Positions 39,138 to 48,901 of a stretch of DNA of 64,000 nt are shown here, in pieces. This stretch comes from Thermodesulfovibrionales bacterium (lineage in GTDB: Bacteria; Nitrospirota; Thermodesulfovibrionia; Thermodesulfovibrionales; SM23-35). Made by a program: the position numbers and the translations under genes. The stretch's first letter is position 1. Every line of letters begins with the position of its first letter. The DNA lies in NCBI GenBank assembly GCA_963716185.1, contig OY970295.1:3163316-3227315 (forward strand), in the 5' to 3' direction. The notes under the pieces were generated by a model. It had not been told where the DNA came from and ran no database searches. It worked only from the letters and a program-made list of their open reading frames with translations.

Positions 39138-39952
39138 ATTGTGCATCTCTTCAAGGAACTCGATATATGTTTCAGAATTAAAGTTTGCCTCTTTGTGTTT
39201 GTACAGGAAATTACCTGAATAGAGTTCAACAGCGCCGAATATTTTCTGGCTGTTCCTCTGTCCTTTTGACAGAATCTTAGGCTGAGCATTTACCGGAGCC
39301 CATGTTTGATGTAGGGTGGGCGACTGCCGAAATGAAGCTTCATCAACAAAGACGATTATCGCACCTTCTTCGTGGGCGTTTTTTTAAAATTGGGATACGT
39401 GTACCGTATCCATTTGTTTTTCTTCTTTGATTCAGCCTTAACAAGCTTGTACGTCGGCCTCTGCACTGAAAAGCCAATTTCCTTTAAAAGCTTGCGTACA
39501 TGACCCGGATGGAACCCTATACCAAACTCTTCCTCAATAATTTTGGTAACAATCTTGGAAGTCCATACGCCGGTATTCAAACCATAGGCGACAGGACCAC
39601 TGTCGATTATATCTATTAATCTCTTTTTATCCGCGGTACTCAGAGCACCTCGCCTTCCACTGCGATGTCCTTCCAGTAAACCATCTGCCCCGTAATCATT
39701 CCAATTGTTAATCCAGACCGGCACATTGGTGCGGTTTACTTTCAATAGGCCTGCGATATCTCCTGATGTGTATTTCTCTATGCTTAACATAATTGCATGC
39801 AGCCTCGTTGCCACGCGATATTGCTGATCCGCTAATGTCTCTTTGCGAAGAGAGACGATTTTATTGACTGTTCGCTGATTACCAGTTGCGAATATGGGTT
39901 GCATGGAATCCTCCGGCATTTTCTGTCTTATTACTTCTGCGCATACCAGCAA
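39138..39952 (-). mobile_element. Second IS630-family transposase (ORF A plus truncated DDE ORF B, A7 frameshift site)
   Basis: HTH WINNW..G..GL, GVWT..HVRKLL..GFSVQRP, then TTTAAAAAAAC and, in the -1 frame, IVFVDEASF..TWAP, truncated at ~39138. Confidence 0.8.
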
Positions 39953-40046
39953 AATAAACCTTCTGCAGAAGTTGTGTCAATATCTATTCATCGGGAAGGC
40001 TTGCGCTATAATGGTTTGCTGATTAATATGTAGAGATATTTATGCG

Positions 40047-40151
40047 CGGTAAGCGTCACGATGTATTTCTTCATATCCAATCCTCCCCCCGTATATTATG
40101 AAGAAATTATATCACCCCTAATGCGACATATCAAGGTTGACATGACACTAG
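40047..40151 (-). mobile_element. Inverted second copy of the IS630 left end found at 38860
   Basis: Reverse complement reads CTAGTGTCATGTCAA..GATTGGATATGAAGAAATACATCGTGACGCTTACCG, matching 38860-38945. Confidence 0.85.
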
Positions 40152-40429
40152 TTTATCCGGATAATACGGCCGTTAAAAAACTGGAAGACCAACCGCCTCT
40201 TCAAACGCAATTGTTAAATACATTCGGCCTCGTTGACTCCACCTGAGATTTTCTGATGGTTTACACTTTCCTCCTTGATAATAAAGGCTATCAATCAAGG
40301 GGATAGGCTGAAAGTCGAGATAATGGTGGCGATCAATAAAATCGCAATACGCGAAGGACTCGAAGACGGAAAAAGCATACGGACCGACGGGACCGTTATC
40401 ATCTCGCTTTTCGAGCATTATCTTTAAAA

Positions 40430-41581
40430 TTATCTCTGTATTATCTTTCCTTCTTTAACGATCTTATAGTATGAGCCTCTCCAGAAAACCTTCCTCCCAA
40501 AAAAACTCCAAAGCCAGATACAAAAACTCAGCAAGTCCTTAATGGGTATGAGCGCCGACCATCGTATCCATTCTTTTGATCGTATCGCCTTTTTGTACAC
40601 AACGATAGCGAGACTGAACCTTAACGCGAGAACCACGCCGATGATCGACAGAGAAAGTAGGCTTGAACCGAACAATAGAAGAAATAAAAGGGAAAAAGCG
40701 AAGACGTGCGTGATGCCATAACCGAGAAAGCCCTTTGGTCTGCAAGCTCTATAAGTTCGTGCCCATCTAAGCTGGTGGACAAGATACTCGGTTACACTCA
40801 TATCTCCGATGACATTCTCAATTACAAAGCGAGAAAGAATAATTTTATACCCTCTTTTCCATAGCCTGTTGCCAATCTGATAATCATCGGCAAGGTAGTC
40901 AGCTATCACTGAAAATCCGCCGATGTCCTTAAGTGCTTCCTTAGAAAACAGCATGGAGGCCCCTAGACCGAAAGTGACTCCTTCTATCTGCCTAGCGACA
41001 ATGACCGAAGGAATGAAATCGAGAGCAATGGTAAGGGACTCTAAGGCTGCCCCCAGTGAAGCGGGGTCAGATATTTTATAAACAGAGGTTACAAGGCCAA
41101 CATTATCATCGCTGTAATATTCCCCAACAATACGCTCGAGATAAGAGGAGTCTACCCTCATGTCACTGTCGCTTATCGCTACAAGAGGGTACCTGGCTGC
41201 CTCAAGAAGAGCGCGGAGATTCGTCACCTTCTGGTTGACGCCGAGGGCTTCCTGGCTTATTACTATGCGGGCACTACACTTTGAGGATCGGACGATTTCT
41301 TCTGCGGCAGGCATCGCATCATCAGTGGAAGCAGTAAAACCGAGAAGTATCTCATATTCAGGGTAATTTTGAGTGGAAAAGCTCCGGAGATTTTCACGAA
41401 GTTCAGGATCCATGTCCTTTATAGGTTTGATAACAGAGACAGGGATAGAAGGTGTTCCCCTTGCTACTTCTTTTTCCGATGTAAAGAACTCGCAGACGAG
41501 GATTATAGAAAACAGACAGTAAATACCTCCCAATATTATGAGGAGTATCAAAGTTATTCTTGTTAATTCTGAGAAAACCAT
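40430..41581 (-). CDS. hpnI: Bacteriohopanetetrol glucosamine biosynthesis glycosyltransferase
   Basis: VSVIKP, GVNQKVTNL, ISDSD, LADDY.IG, HQLRW.RT. Hopanoid cluster context. Confidence 0.85.
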   Translation of the reverse strand: MVFSELTRITLILLIILGGIYCLFSIILVCEFFTSEKEVARGTPSIPVSVIKPIKDMDPELRENLRSFSTQNYPEYEILLGFTASTDDAMPAAEEIVRSSKCSARIVISQEALGVNQKVTNLRALLEAARYPLVAISDSDMRVDSSYLERIVGEYYSDDNVGLVTSVYKISDPASLGAALESLTIALDFIPSVIVARQIEGVTFGLGASMLFSKEALKDIGGFSVIADYLADDYQIGNRLWKRGYKIILSRFVIENVIGDMSVTEYLVHQLRWARTYRACRPKGFLGYGITHVFAFSLLFLLLFGSSLLSLSIIGVVLALRFSLAIVVYKKAIRSKEWIRWSALIPIKDLLSFCIWLWSFFGRKVFWRGSYYKIVKEGKIIQR

Positions 41582-41865
41582 TCTTCTAATATACTCGGTT
41601 AAATAATCTGACTAGATTCTTACCGTTTTAGTCTAAGAGTTCATCTCTCACATTGCTAAGCTGCTGATAATTCTACAATTTTTCCGACTTAAAAAAAGTT
41701 CAAATATCTTTGGCTAGACTTAATCACTAAGAACGGACACCAGATCAATCCGCGATATCAGCGTCTAAGAACGATTACTGATCCGTCCCTGGTTCCTCTG
41801 CTTCTATATGCAGCAAAAGGGGTAAGCGTGGACAGAACAAACTAACACTTTGCTACCTCTGAGCA

Positions 41866-42333
41866 TTAAAACCTATCCTCTTTCGTACCCTGGACTTCTT
41901 GGGAGTGCCCAATATCTTGCACATTTTTGCGATAATCTACAGCCTGTTGCCTCCGGTCAAGTGCTACGAGGGTAATGCCGATAATAATAATCAAAGTGCC
42001 GGCCCAGCGGTACCAGGAGACATCTTCCTTGAGAAAAAACTTTGCCAAAAATGCTACAAAAACATAAGACAGTGCAGTGAGCGGAAGAACAAAGCTCAGG
42101 TCTGCCCAGGAAAGAGCGGCGAGATAGAGAAAAAAGAAAATACCCAGCAAAATAACTCCCACGAAAATATAAGGATTACGGAGCACTGAAAAAATCAGTT
42201 TAAGCCACTGAGACAATTCCGTGAGATCGACCTGACCATTTTTCTTCATGGCATAGCTTATTAAAGTTTCTCCAACAGCTGCACTCAGTGTCGCCAGAAA
42301 AATCACTACAAATATTCTCACGTTCTCCTCCAC
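41866..42333 (-). CDS. EamA/DMT small membrane transporter
   Basis: ALSWADLSFVLPLTALSYV..FLKEDVSWYRWAG. Confidence 0.85.
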   Translation of the reverse strand: MEENVRIFVVIFLATLSAAVGETLISYAMKKNGQVDLTELSQWLKLIFSVLRNPYIFVGVILLGIFFFLYLAALSWADLSFVLPLTALSYVFVAFLAKFFLKEDVSWYRWAGTLIIIIGITLVALDRRQQAVDYRKNVQDIGHSQEVQGTKEDRF

Positions 42334-42353
42334 ACGGAATCAAGAATCACGGT

Positions 42354-42835
42354 TCATTCAGAAAGTTCGCTGTAGCTAGCCTTCGTTATGCCGAGAATCG
42401 CTAACCGCTCATGTACCTGAGCTGAGGTAAGTGCTCTCATTTCCCGTTGGCTGGCCTCCGTTGCGAGACAATCAAAGTGCGCCTCTACTTCTCGCTCGAT
42501 CTGCGAAAGCAGGGCAGGTCTTGTATTTTTTACCCATACCTTGGCAGGACTTTTCTCCAGATAGCCTTCAGCATCTGTTAGAGACGGAATGCTTGAAGGA
42601 GGAAGGATAGCCCGGCCATCACAGAGCGTCACGTGGAGTCCCACAGCAAGTGGCGGTCAATGGCTATTTGGACAGCTTCCTGGCATGCTTCTCCACCTGC
42701 CAAGACGCTTGCAGACGTAACTATCCCCTTGTCGCGCGCCTCGGCAATGACCCGATTGATACCTGAAGAGCGCCATAGATCATCTGCAACGACGACCAGA
42801 AACTTTTTGTTGAGAGAGGACGCATCCTGTTTCAC
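42354..42835 (-). pseudogene. HpnK/ChbG-like deacetylase pseudogene (frameshift plus internal deletion)
   Basis: VVADDL..GIVTSAS, frameshift at ~42640, GLHVTLCDG..EVEAHF joined directly to the C-terminal RALTS. The DSHHH region of paralog 54698-55573 is missing. Confidence 0.8.
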
Positions 42836-44256
42836 TGGGCCTTGACCGCCTCTTTGCGCTTTGCCATAAAGGAAAAAAACTCCTTACCTTCTCTGATGCG
42901 ACGCCTGAACTCATCTCTGTCCTGAAGCATTTCCCTGAGAATTCTGAGGATTGGTTGAGGCCTGATGTAAAAACGCCTGTAGAAGCGTTCGACCATCTCA
43001 AAGATCTCCTCACGAGAAAGCCTTTGATATGAGACTACCGCGTTCTGGATGCCAGCTCTTAGCAGCCTGTCTTCCTGAACAATCCAACCCTCGCGTATTC
43101 CCTCTGCATATATCTCGGTCCCGGGATAGGGAGCTAGAAGAGATACCTGTATACTGTAAGGGTCCAATTCCAGTGCGAAACGGATTGTTTCTTCAATCGT
43201 TTCTGCCGTTTCACCCGGCAGACCAAGGATAAAAGCTCCGTGAACGAGTATGCCCAGCTCTTTTGCGGATTTCATGAATTCCCTGGCTTGTTCAATTCGA
43301 ATACCTTTCTTAACGTTATTCAGAATCTGTTGATTGCCTGATTCAAACCCCACGGTCAGCAGACGAAGTCCCGCCTCCTTAAGCACCACAAGCGTCTCTT
43401 TAGCGACGTTTACCCTCGCATTACATGACCAGGTAATCCCCAAATGCTTGATCTTCCTAGCTATTTCCATTGCACGCGGTTGATTATCGGTAAACGTGCC
43501 ATCATCGAAAAAAAATTCCTTCACTTGGGGGAAAAGGCGCGTGGCACGAACCATTTCTTCATAGACATTTTCTGTACTTCGTACCCGGTAGCTATGTCCC
43601 GAGATTGTCTGAGGCCAAAGACAGAATGTGCAGCGTGCGCGACAACCTCTGCCAGTATAAAGCGAGACATACGGGTGTTTCAGATACCCATTGTAATAAT
43701 TCTCTATGGTAAGATCACGAGCATAGATCTCGGTGACAAAGGGAAGGGCGTCAAGGTTCTCTATAGGAGGCCTGTCTCCAGTGCGTATGATACTGCCGCT
43801 TGAACGGAAAGCAATACCATCAACCTTTTCAAACGGAACCCCTCTCGCGATTTCCGCAACTGCATAATCGAATTCGCCAGTTGAAACAAAATCTATCGCC
43901 TCTGAAGAGTTGAGTGTTTCGTTAGGAAGGACTATTGTGTGGGGTCCGACAAACCCCACCTTAACACCGGGGTAGTGGTCCTTCAGCAGTTCTGCAATCC
44001 GTATATCGTTGGAGATCGTCGGCGTACTCGTGTTAATAATAATCAAATTAAAACCTCGGGCCTGCTGGATGACCTCATCGATGCCCATATTAGCGGGAGG
44101 GGCGTCAAGGAGACGGCTTTCGGGGACCAGTCCGGCCGCATAGGCGAGCCAGGTCGGATACCAAAAGGAGCGGATTTCGCGACGCGCCTGATACCGCGAG
44201 CCCGCACCTCCGTCAAAGCCTCCGTAGGAAGGCGGATTAAGAAATAACGTTCGCAT
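42832..44256 (-). CDS. hpnJ: Hopanoid biosynthesis-associated radical SAM protein
   Basis: MRTLFLNPPS..FDGGAGSRYQARREIRSFWYPTWLA, CRARCTFC. Confidence 0.93.
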   Translation of the reverse strand: MRTLFLNPPSYGGFDGGAGSRYQARREIRSFWYPTWLAYAAGLVPESRLLDAPPANMGIDEVIQQARGFNLIIINTSTPTISNDIRIAELLKDHYPGVKVGFVGPHTIVLPNETLNSSEAIDFVSTGEFDYAVAEIARGVPFEKVDGIAFRSSGSIIRTGDRPPIENLDALPFVTEIYARDLTIENYYNGYLKHPYVSLYTGRGCRARCTFCLWPQTISGHSYRVRSTENVYEEMVRATRLFPQVKEFFFDDGTFTDNQPRAMEIARKIKHLGITWSCNARVNVAKETLVVLKEAGLRLLTVGFESGNQQILNNVKKGIRIEQAREFMKSAKELGILVHGAFILGLPGETAETIEETIRFALELDPYSIQVSLLAPYPGTEIYAEGIREGWIVQEDRLLRAGIQNAVVSYQRLSREEIFEMVERFYRRFYIRPQPILRILREMLQDRDEFRRRIREGKEFFSFMAKRKEAVKAQ

Positions 44257-44555
44257 TTATCCTCTTTAGTATCTAACTATATAATCATCAGCAGAGGGTT
44301 AATCGACACGAGCAAATACCCCCAGACTCAACTAGCAGTATAATACATTGCTGTCCGGTTAAAATACAAGCCCCTGAAGGGATTCGATTCCTCCATTCTC
44401 ATTGTTAGTTTGGCGGGCTTCAGGGTCAGAATATCAATAAGATCCTTCCTCTCAAAAAGCATTTCTCGGATAACGCGACTGAGCTGTAACAACGGGAAGG
44501 AGACCGTAAAAAACCGAGGGAGCTAAGCGGCCATTTTCGCAGCCTCCCGATTTTT

Positions 44556-44891
44556 TTAGTGAAAATCTGCTATGGTGGTGTTGCTTTTGACCAAGATGCC
44601 TGTGACGTTTATTTCATGAGTTTCCAAAGGCTTCTCAACAGATCGCGGCACCTCATGGAGGGCCGCCAAATGTATAACGTAATCCGCACCTTCCATTGCC
44701 TGTCTGCAAAGGGAAGAATCTCTGATATCTCCTTCGATGATTTCAATCTTACTGCCAACCGCCGACAGGTTTTCCCTTTTACCGGTTGAGAAGTTGTCAA
44801 AGACCCTTACCCGTTCGCATTTGTCAATCAAAGATTCAGTTATATGAGTACCTATAAAGCCAGCCCCGCCGGTAACGAAATAAAGTGCCAT
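44556..44891 (-). pseudogene. NAD-dependent epimerase N-terminal fragment truncated by IS-derived sequence
   Basis: VTGGAGFIG..VIHLAA..VPRSV..INVTG, then ILVKSNTTIADFH copied from the pRiA4b-like gene. Confidence 0.8.
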
Positions 44892-45061
44892 CCTCCTCCC
44901 TTTCAGTCATTTATACTGACACAAAACTTCCAAAGCTCGAAAGAATTCTTATGACCGGTATTAGAATTTTCCATGCCGTCTATTTTCCATTTAACTATCT
45001 AATGCTTTCTTTGTCAGTATTTTATACTTCTTTTTTTTAAAAAGAATCATTTATTATTATA

Positions 45062-45090
45062 TTGACAGGCATTGCATATGAAACTATCAT
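45062..45090 (+). promoter_or_regulatory. Putative sigma-70 promoter
   Basis: TTGACA-N17-TATCAT. Confidence 0.5.
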
Positions 45091-45187
45091 TAAAAATTAT
45101 ATTTTAAAAACACGACAAATTTTTTGCTGTTGCAATAGGATTCTGTGCTGGTTCGAAAGATTAAAAAAGTGAGGATTCAACTTCTAA

Positions 45188-45592
45188 ATGACTGAAAAGG
45201 CTACTGGACATCAAATTCCTGCTGCAAGAATTCAATTCCTGCGCGAAGATCGGACCAGGGGTGCTGAGCATATTTTCCATCTTGCGGCGGTTTCTAATGT
45301 AAATTACGCTATGAATGAAGTCGCTGCCAACCAGACCTATAATCTCGAGGGGCTGAGGAGGGTCACGGTCCTTGAGGTTGCCGAAGGTATCAGGGCGGCC
45401 ATCGGAGAGCATGTGAAGATTGATTTTGTTCCTGAAAGGCCCGGAGATTTCGGCGGAAAGGAAGTGTCTGCAAATAAGGCTTATAGGGAGTTGAGCTGGA
45501 AACCCGCGATGCGGTTCGAAGAAGGCCTGAGAATTACCGTGGATTGGTTCCGGCAGAAATGGGAGAACGAGCTGCCTGCGATGAAGCGGTGA
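45188..45592 (+). pseudogene. NAD-dependent epimerase remnant with internal deletion
   Basis: IFHLAAVSNV joined to the C-terminal TYNL..RPGD..KAYRELSWKP..FEEGLR.TVDWF. No GxxGxxG and no YxxxK. Confidence 0.7.
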
Positions 45593-46323
45593 GATTAGCA
45601 GTATTTGCGGCCTTTCCTCAGGAAATAAAGACGATAATCAGGAATCTGAAGGCCGTAAAGAGTTCAGGAAGACATCCGTTTACCTTATTTTTCGGTGAAT
45701 ACCTGTCCACAGAAGTAGTATTGGTGCTGTCAGGCATGGGGAGTATTAACGCCGAAACTGCACTGAACTATATATGCGATCAATACAGTCCTGAATTAAT
45801 ATTGTCCCTCGGATTCGGAGGCGCACTCTATGATAGCGGCAGGATAGGGGAAATCATCTGGTCCGGGAAGTTTCTTTTTGTTCGTGAATTTGTGGCGGAA
45901 ACTCTGGAGCTTTCAGTCGCAAGAGATGTTCTCGATAGGGTTTCCCGTGACCTTGATATCCGGGAAGGAACTATTCTGACTATTGAAAAATGGACGGCAA
46001 AATCAGCACTAAATAAATTCCTTACGCGGGAATTTCCCTTCCCGGTATGCGATATGGAGACATTTTTTCTGGCAAAGCTCTCCATGAAAAGAGGATTGCC
46101 GTTTCTTGCCGTGCGCGCTGTGACCGACCTCGCCGACGAAGAGATCCCACCTGAATTTCTCTCAGTGTCGGACGAATCAGGGACATACAAGCTTTCCCGT
46201 GCGTTGAGGCTTGTTTTCTCCAAGCCGAAGCTTCTGAAGGATATTATAAGGATCGGAAGAAACTCCGGCTTAGCATCAAATAATTTGTGGCATTTCCTGA
46301 AAGCTATGATCGAGGCAATGTGA
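45589..46323 (+). CDS. Hopanoid-associated nucleoside phosphorylase (HpnG/MTA nucleosidase-like)
   Basis: VFAAFPQE, SGMG, SLGFGGAL, CDMET, VRAVTD. GTG start overlaps the previous stop. Confidence 0.78.
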   Translation: MRLAVFAAFPQEIKTIIRNLKAVKSSGRHPFTLFFGEYLSTEVVLVLSGMGSINAETALNYICDQYSPELILSLGFGGALYDSGRIGEIIWSGKFLFVREFVAETLELSVARDVLDRVSRDLDIREGTILTIEKWTAKSALNKFLTREFPFPVCDMETFFLAKLSMKRGLPFLAVRAVTDLADEEIPPEFLSVSDESGTYKLSRALRLVFSKPKLLKDIIRIGRNSGLASNNLWHFLKAMIEAM

Positions 46324-46544
46324 CAGCATGCATTTCCCTGGGTATTATTTTTCGAGGCAAGATGCCCCATCATCAAGGTATTTTGTCTCATGCGGTCGGC
46401 TGTTCTATCTCTAAGTCCGAATAAAATCGAGTAGTTGCGTTCTGGCACTGATTATGCTTTTAATTACAAGAAAGGAAGAGGCACGAATAATTTTAACGGA
46501 TAGAAAATCGATAGTTAATGTTTAGTTATCGTGAGGAATAATAA

Positions 46545-46910
46545 ATGAAAAAGATCTTTGCAGCTGTCCTATTTGCCGGTCTTTTAGCGGTTACCTCAAT
46601 CGGATGCAGCTCCCTTAACCTTAAAGGGGAAACCGAAGCAGTAATAAACCCTTCTAAATTTCATGAAGATTGCATAAAATTGGTGCCGGGCGATGTTTGG
46701 ACTTATTCGTTTAAAGCCTCAAACCCCGTTGATTTTAATATTCACTTTCATGAAGAGGGTAAAATTACTTATCCGGTTTCCAGGAAAAATACGCCGGCGG
46801 AAGAAGGCAAGTTTTATCCCGATAAAGAAGAATTCTATTGTCTGATGTGGACCAATTTACAGAAAAACCCGGTACAACTTACATATACGTATAAGGTGGA
46901 TAAGAAGTAA
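46545..46910 (+). CDS. Hypothetical lipoprotein
   Basis: Lipobox-like SIGC, VDFNIHFH, YCLMWTN. RBS GAGG. Confidence 0.75.
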   Translation: MKKIFAAVLFAGLLAVTSIGCSSLNLKGETEAVINPSKFHEDCIKLVPGDVWTYSFKASNPVDFNIHFHEEGKITYPVSRKNTPAEEGKFYPDKEEFYCLMWTNLQKNPVQLTYTYKVDKK

Positions 46911-46991
46911 GACGATTTGCTTATACTTTTTAAGTGTCCGACCGCAGGACTTCTTATTTTATAAAGTATATTATTAAGAAATATTTTTAAA

Positions 46992-47020
46992 TTGACAAGC
47001 TAAACATTTTGTATTAGTCT
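46992..47020 (+). promoter_or_regulatory. Putative sigma-70 promoter
   Basis: TTGACA-N17-TAGTCT upstream of a ~200-nt leader. Confidence 0.5.
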
Positions 47021-47097
47021 GTAAAAAAGGGAAGGGAAAATCTCAGGCTTAGTCCGGACAGTTCCTGTAAATATAGTATTTCTTGATAGTTTGTGCT

Positions 47098-47175
47098 CAT
47101 CAAAGCCGACCTCTTCGTGAAGAAGGTGCGGAAAGCGGCGGGTCTTTAATTCAAAGATGACCGGTTTTCCGAAGG
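47098..47175 (+). ncRNA. Candidate GEMM-I (c-di-GMP-I / cGAMP) riboswitch
   Basis: ACC-hairpin-GGT-GCGGAAAGC..GGGTCT..AGATGACCGG..CCGAA follows the GEMM-I motif order. Degenerate at the 5' end. Confidence 0.5.
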
Positions 47176-47232
47176 ATGAATCTGAGGCGGGTTCGGCCTT
47201 TCCATTTCGATCAGGGCATAATAGGGGAAATT

Positions 47233-48669
47233 ATGCTTGCAAGAGTTAACCAGACCGAAGACAAAACAAAAGAACAACTCGCAAATGAATTAGCCGACTT
47301 GCGTCAACGCGTCGCCGACTTGGAAGCGAAAAAAGCGGGACACGATACCCTTGACCTCGAACATACGAAACTGAAGGGAATTCTGGACGCAATGAGTGAT
47401 TACATCTACATTATAGACCAGTTCTGCAATATCAAGTATGTTAATCCGGCGGTCGAAAAAGAACTTGGGCCGCCCGACACCCTGAAGTGCTTTAAGTATT
47501 TCCACGGCCTGTCCGGGGAGTGTCCGTGGTGCAATAACAGGGAAATATTCGCCGGGAAAACGGTCCGGCAGGAAAGATATATTTCCAGTACCGGCAAGAC
47601 TTATGACGTCATTAATACACCCTTGAGGAACCAGGACGGAAGTGTCGACAAGTTGGCGATATTACGCGACTTCACGGAACGCAAGCACGCCGAGGAAGAA
47701 ATGAAACAATTGGCTGATGAGCTCAGGCGTTCGAATACGGACCTGCAACAGTTTGCTTATGCTGCCTCGCATGACCTGCAGGAACCCCTGCGTGTGATCG
47801 CAGGATTTGTAAAACTGTTGGAAAAGGGTTACAGAGGCAAACTCGACGATAAAGCCGACGAGTTCATTAATTATGCTCTTGACGGAGTAGGTAGGATGCA
47901 GCTGCTGATTAACGACCTGCTGGAGTATTCGAAAGTAGGAACAAAAGGCTTGAATATGAGGCCCACCGACTGTTTTTTTGTCGTGGACAAGGCCGTTTGC
48001 GATCTGCGGGCGGCGATTGAAGAAAGCGGCGCCACAATTATCTGTGATGAACTTCCAACAGTTATGGCGGACGTATCACAAATGAGCAGATTATTTCAGA
48101 ACCTTATCGGCAATGCGATAAAATTCCGCGGCATTGAACCAGTGAGGGTTCATATTTCTTCCAGGAAAGAAGAAGGTGAGTGGGTCTTTTCTGTGCTCGA
48201 TAATGGTATAGGAATAGACCCTGGGCAGGCAGAAAGAATCTTCGTTATGTTCAAACGACTGCATACCAAAGAAGAATACCCGGGCACCGGAATAGGTCTC
48301 GCAATTTGTAAGCGGATTGTGGAGCGTCACGGCGGAAGGATTTGGGTGGAATCCGGTCAGGGACGGGGCTCAACGTTTTATTTCACAATTCCCGATAGAG
48401 ACACGACTCCTTATGTACCTGAACGGAGACGGGAGCATCGAGTGAAACATGAGGTCTCCTTTGATTTTGACTATCAGGAACAGCGTTTTGCAGCCAATAC
48501 GATGGACTTGTGCGAAGAGGGGTTATGCATAAAAATTTCCGGTGCGGTCCCGATTAAGACAGGCGACTCACTTGATCTCTTCATCGGGCATCTCCGGGTC
48601 AAAGCGAACGCCGTATGGTTGAAGAGATTACCCGATAAGACGTTCATTGGTTTGCAAGAATTTCATTAA
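47233..48669 (+). CDS. PAS sensor histidine kinase with C-terminal PilZ domain
   Basis: FAYAASHDLQEPL, GTGIGL, then ERRREHR and DLCEEGL (RxxxR and DxSxxG-like). RBS AGGGG. Confidence 0.88.
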   Translation: MLARVNQTEDKTKEQLANELADLRQRVADLEAKKAGHDTLDLEHTKLKGILDAMSDYIYIIDQFCNIKYVNPAVEKELGPPDTLKCFKYFHGLSGECPWCNNREIFAGKTVRQERYISSTGKTYDVINTPLRNQDGSVDKLAILRDFTERKHAEEEMKQLADELRRSNTDLQQFAYAASHDLQEPLRVIAGFVKLLEKGYRGKLDDKADEFINYALDGVGRMQLLINDLLEYSKVGTKGLNMRPTDCFFVVDKAVCDLRAAIEESGATIICDELPTVMADVSQMSRLFQNLIGNAIKFRGIEPVRVHISSRKEEGEWVFSVLDNGIGIDPGQAERIFVMFKRLHTKEEYPGTGIGLAICKRIVERHGGRIWVESGQGRGSTFYFTIPDRDTTPYVPERRREHRVKHEVSFDFDYQEQRFAANTMDLCEEGLCIKISGAVPIKTGDSLDLFIGHLRVKANAVWLKRLPDKTFIGLQEFH

Positions 48670-48885
48670 CCCGAAAAATGCAGTTTATCTCAGATTGAGG
48701 CAGGCATAGTGACATAAAAATCCCGAAAGCCTTCGGGACAGAATTTGGGTTTTCTGCGCCATATATTTCTTCTGAATAAGAATATCCGGGCGGCCTTGAT
48801 ATCTGACCGCCCACAAAGGTGCTGCTGTCAAGCTTTTTATGCTACTATGCCATCCCTGATATTTAGTGAATTGCAGTTTTTGGGT
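48669..48885. mobile_element. MITE-like ~217-bp repeat, copy 3
   Basis: Terminal inverted repeats ACCCGAAAAATGCA / TGCAGTTTTTGGGT. Confidence 0.85.
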
Positions 48886-48901
48886 AAGGCCTAAAGATTG
48901 A

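Noticed and set aside
40173-40418. 81-aa minus-strand ORF after hpnI
   Set aside because: No recognisable motif. The plus strand carries a transposase-like fragment instead.
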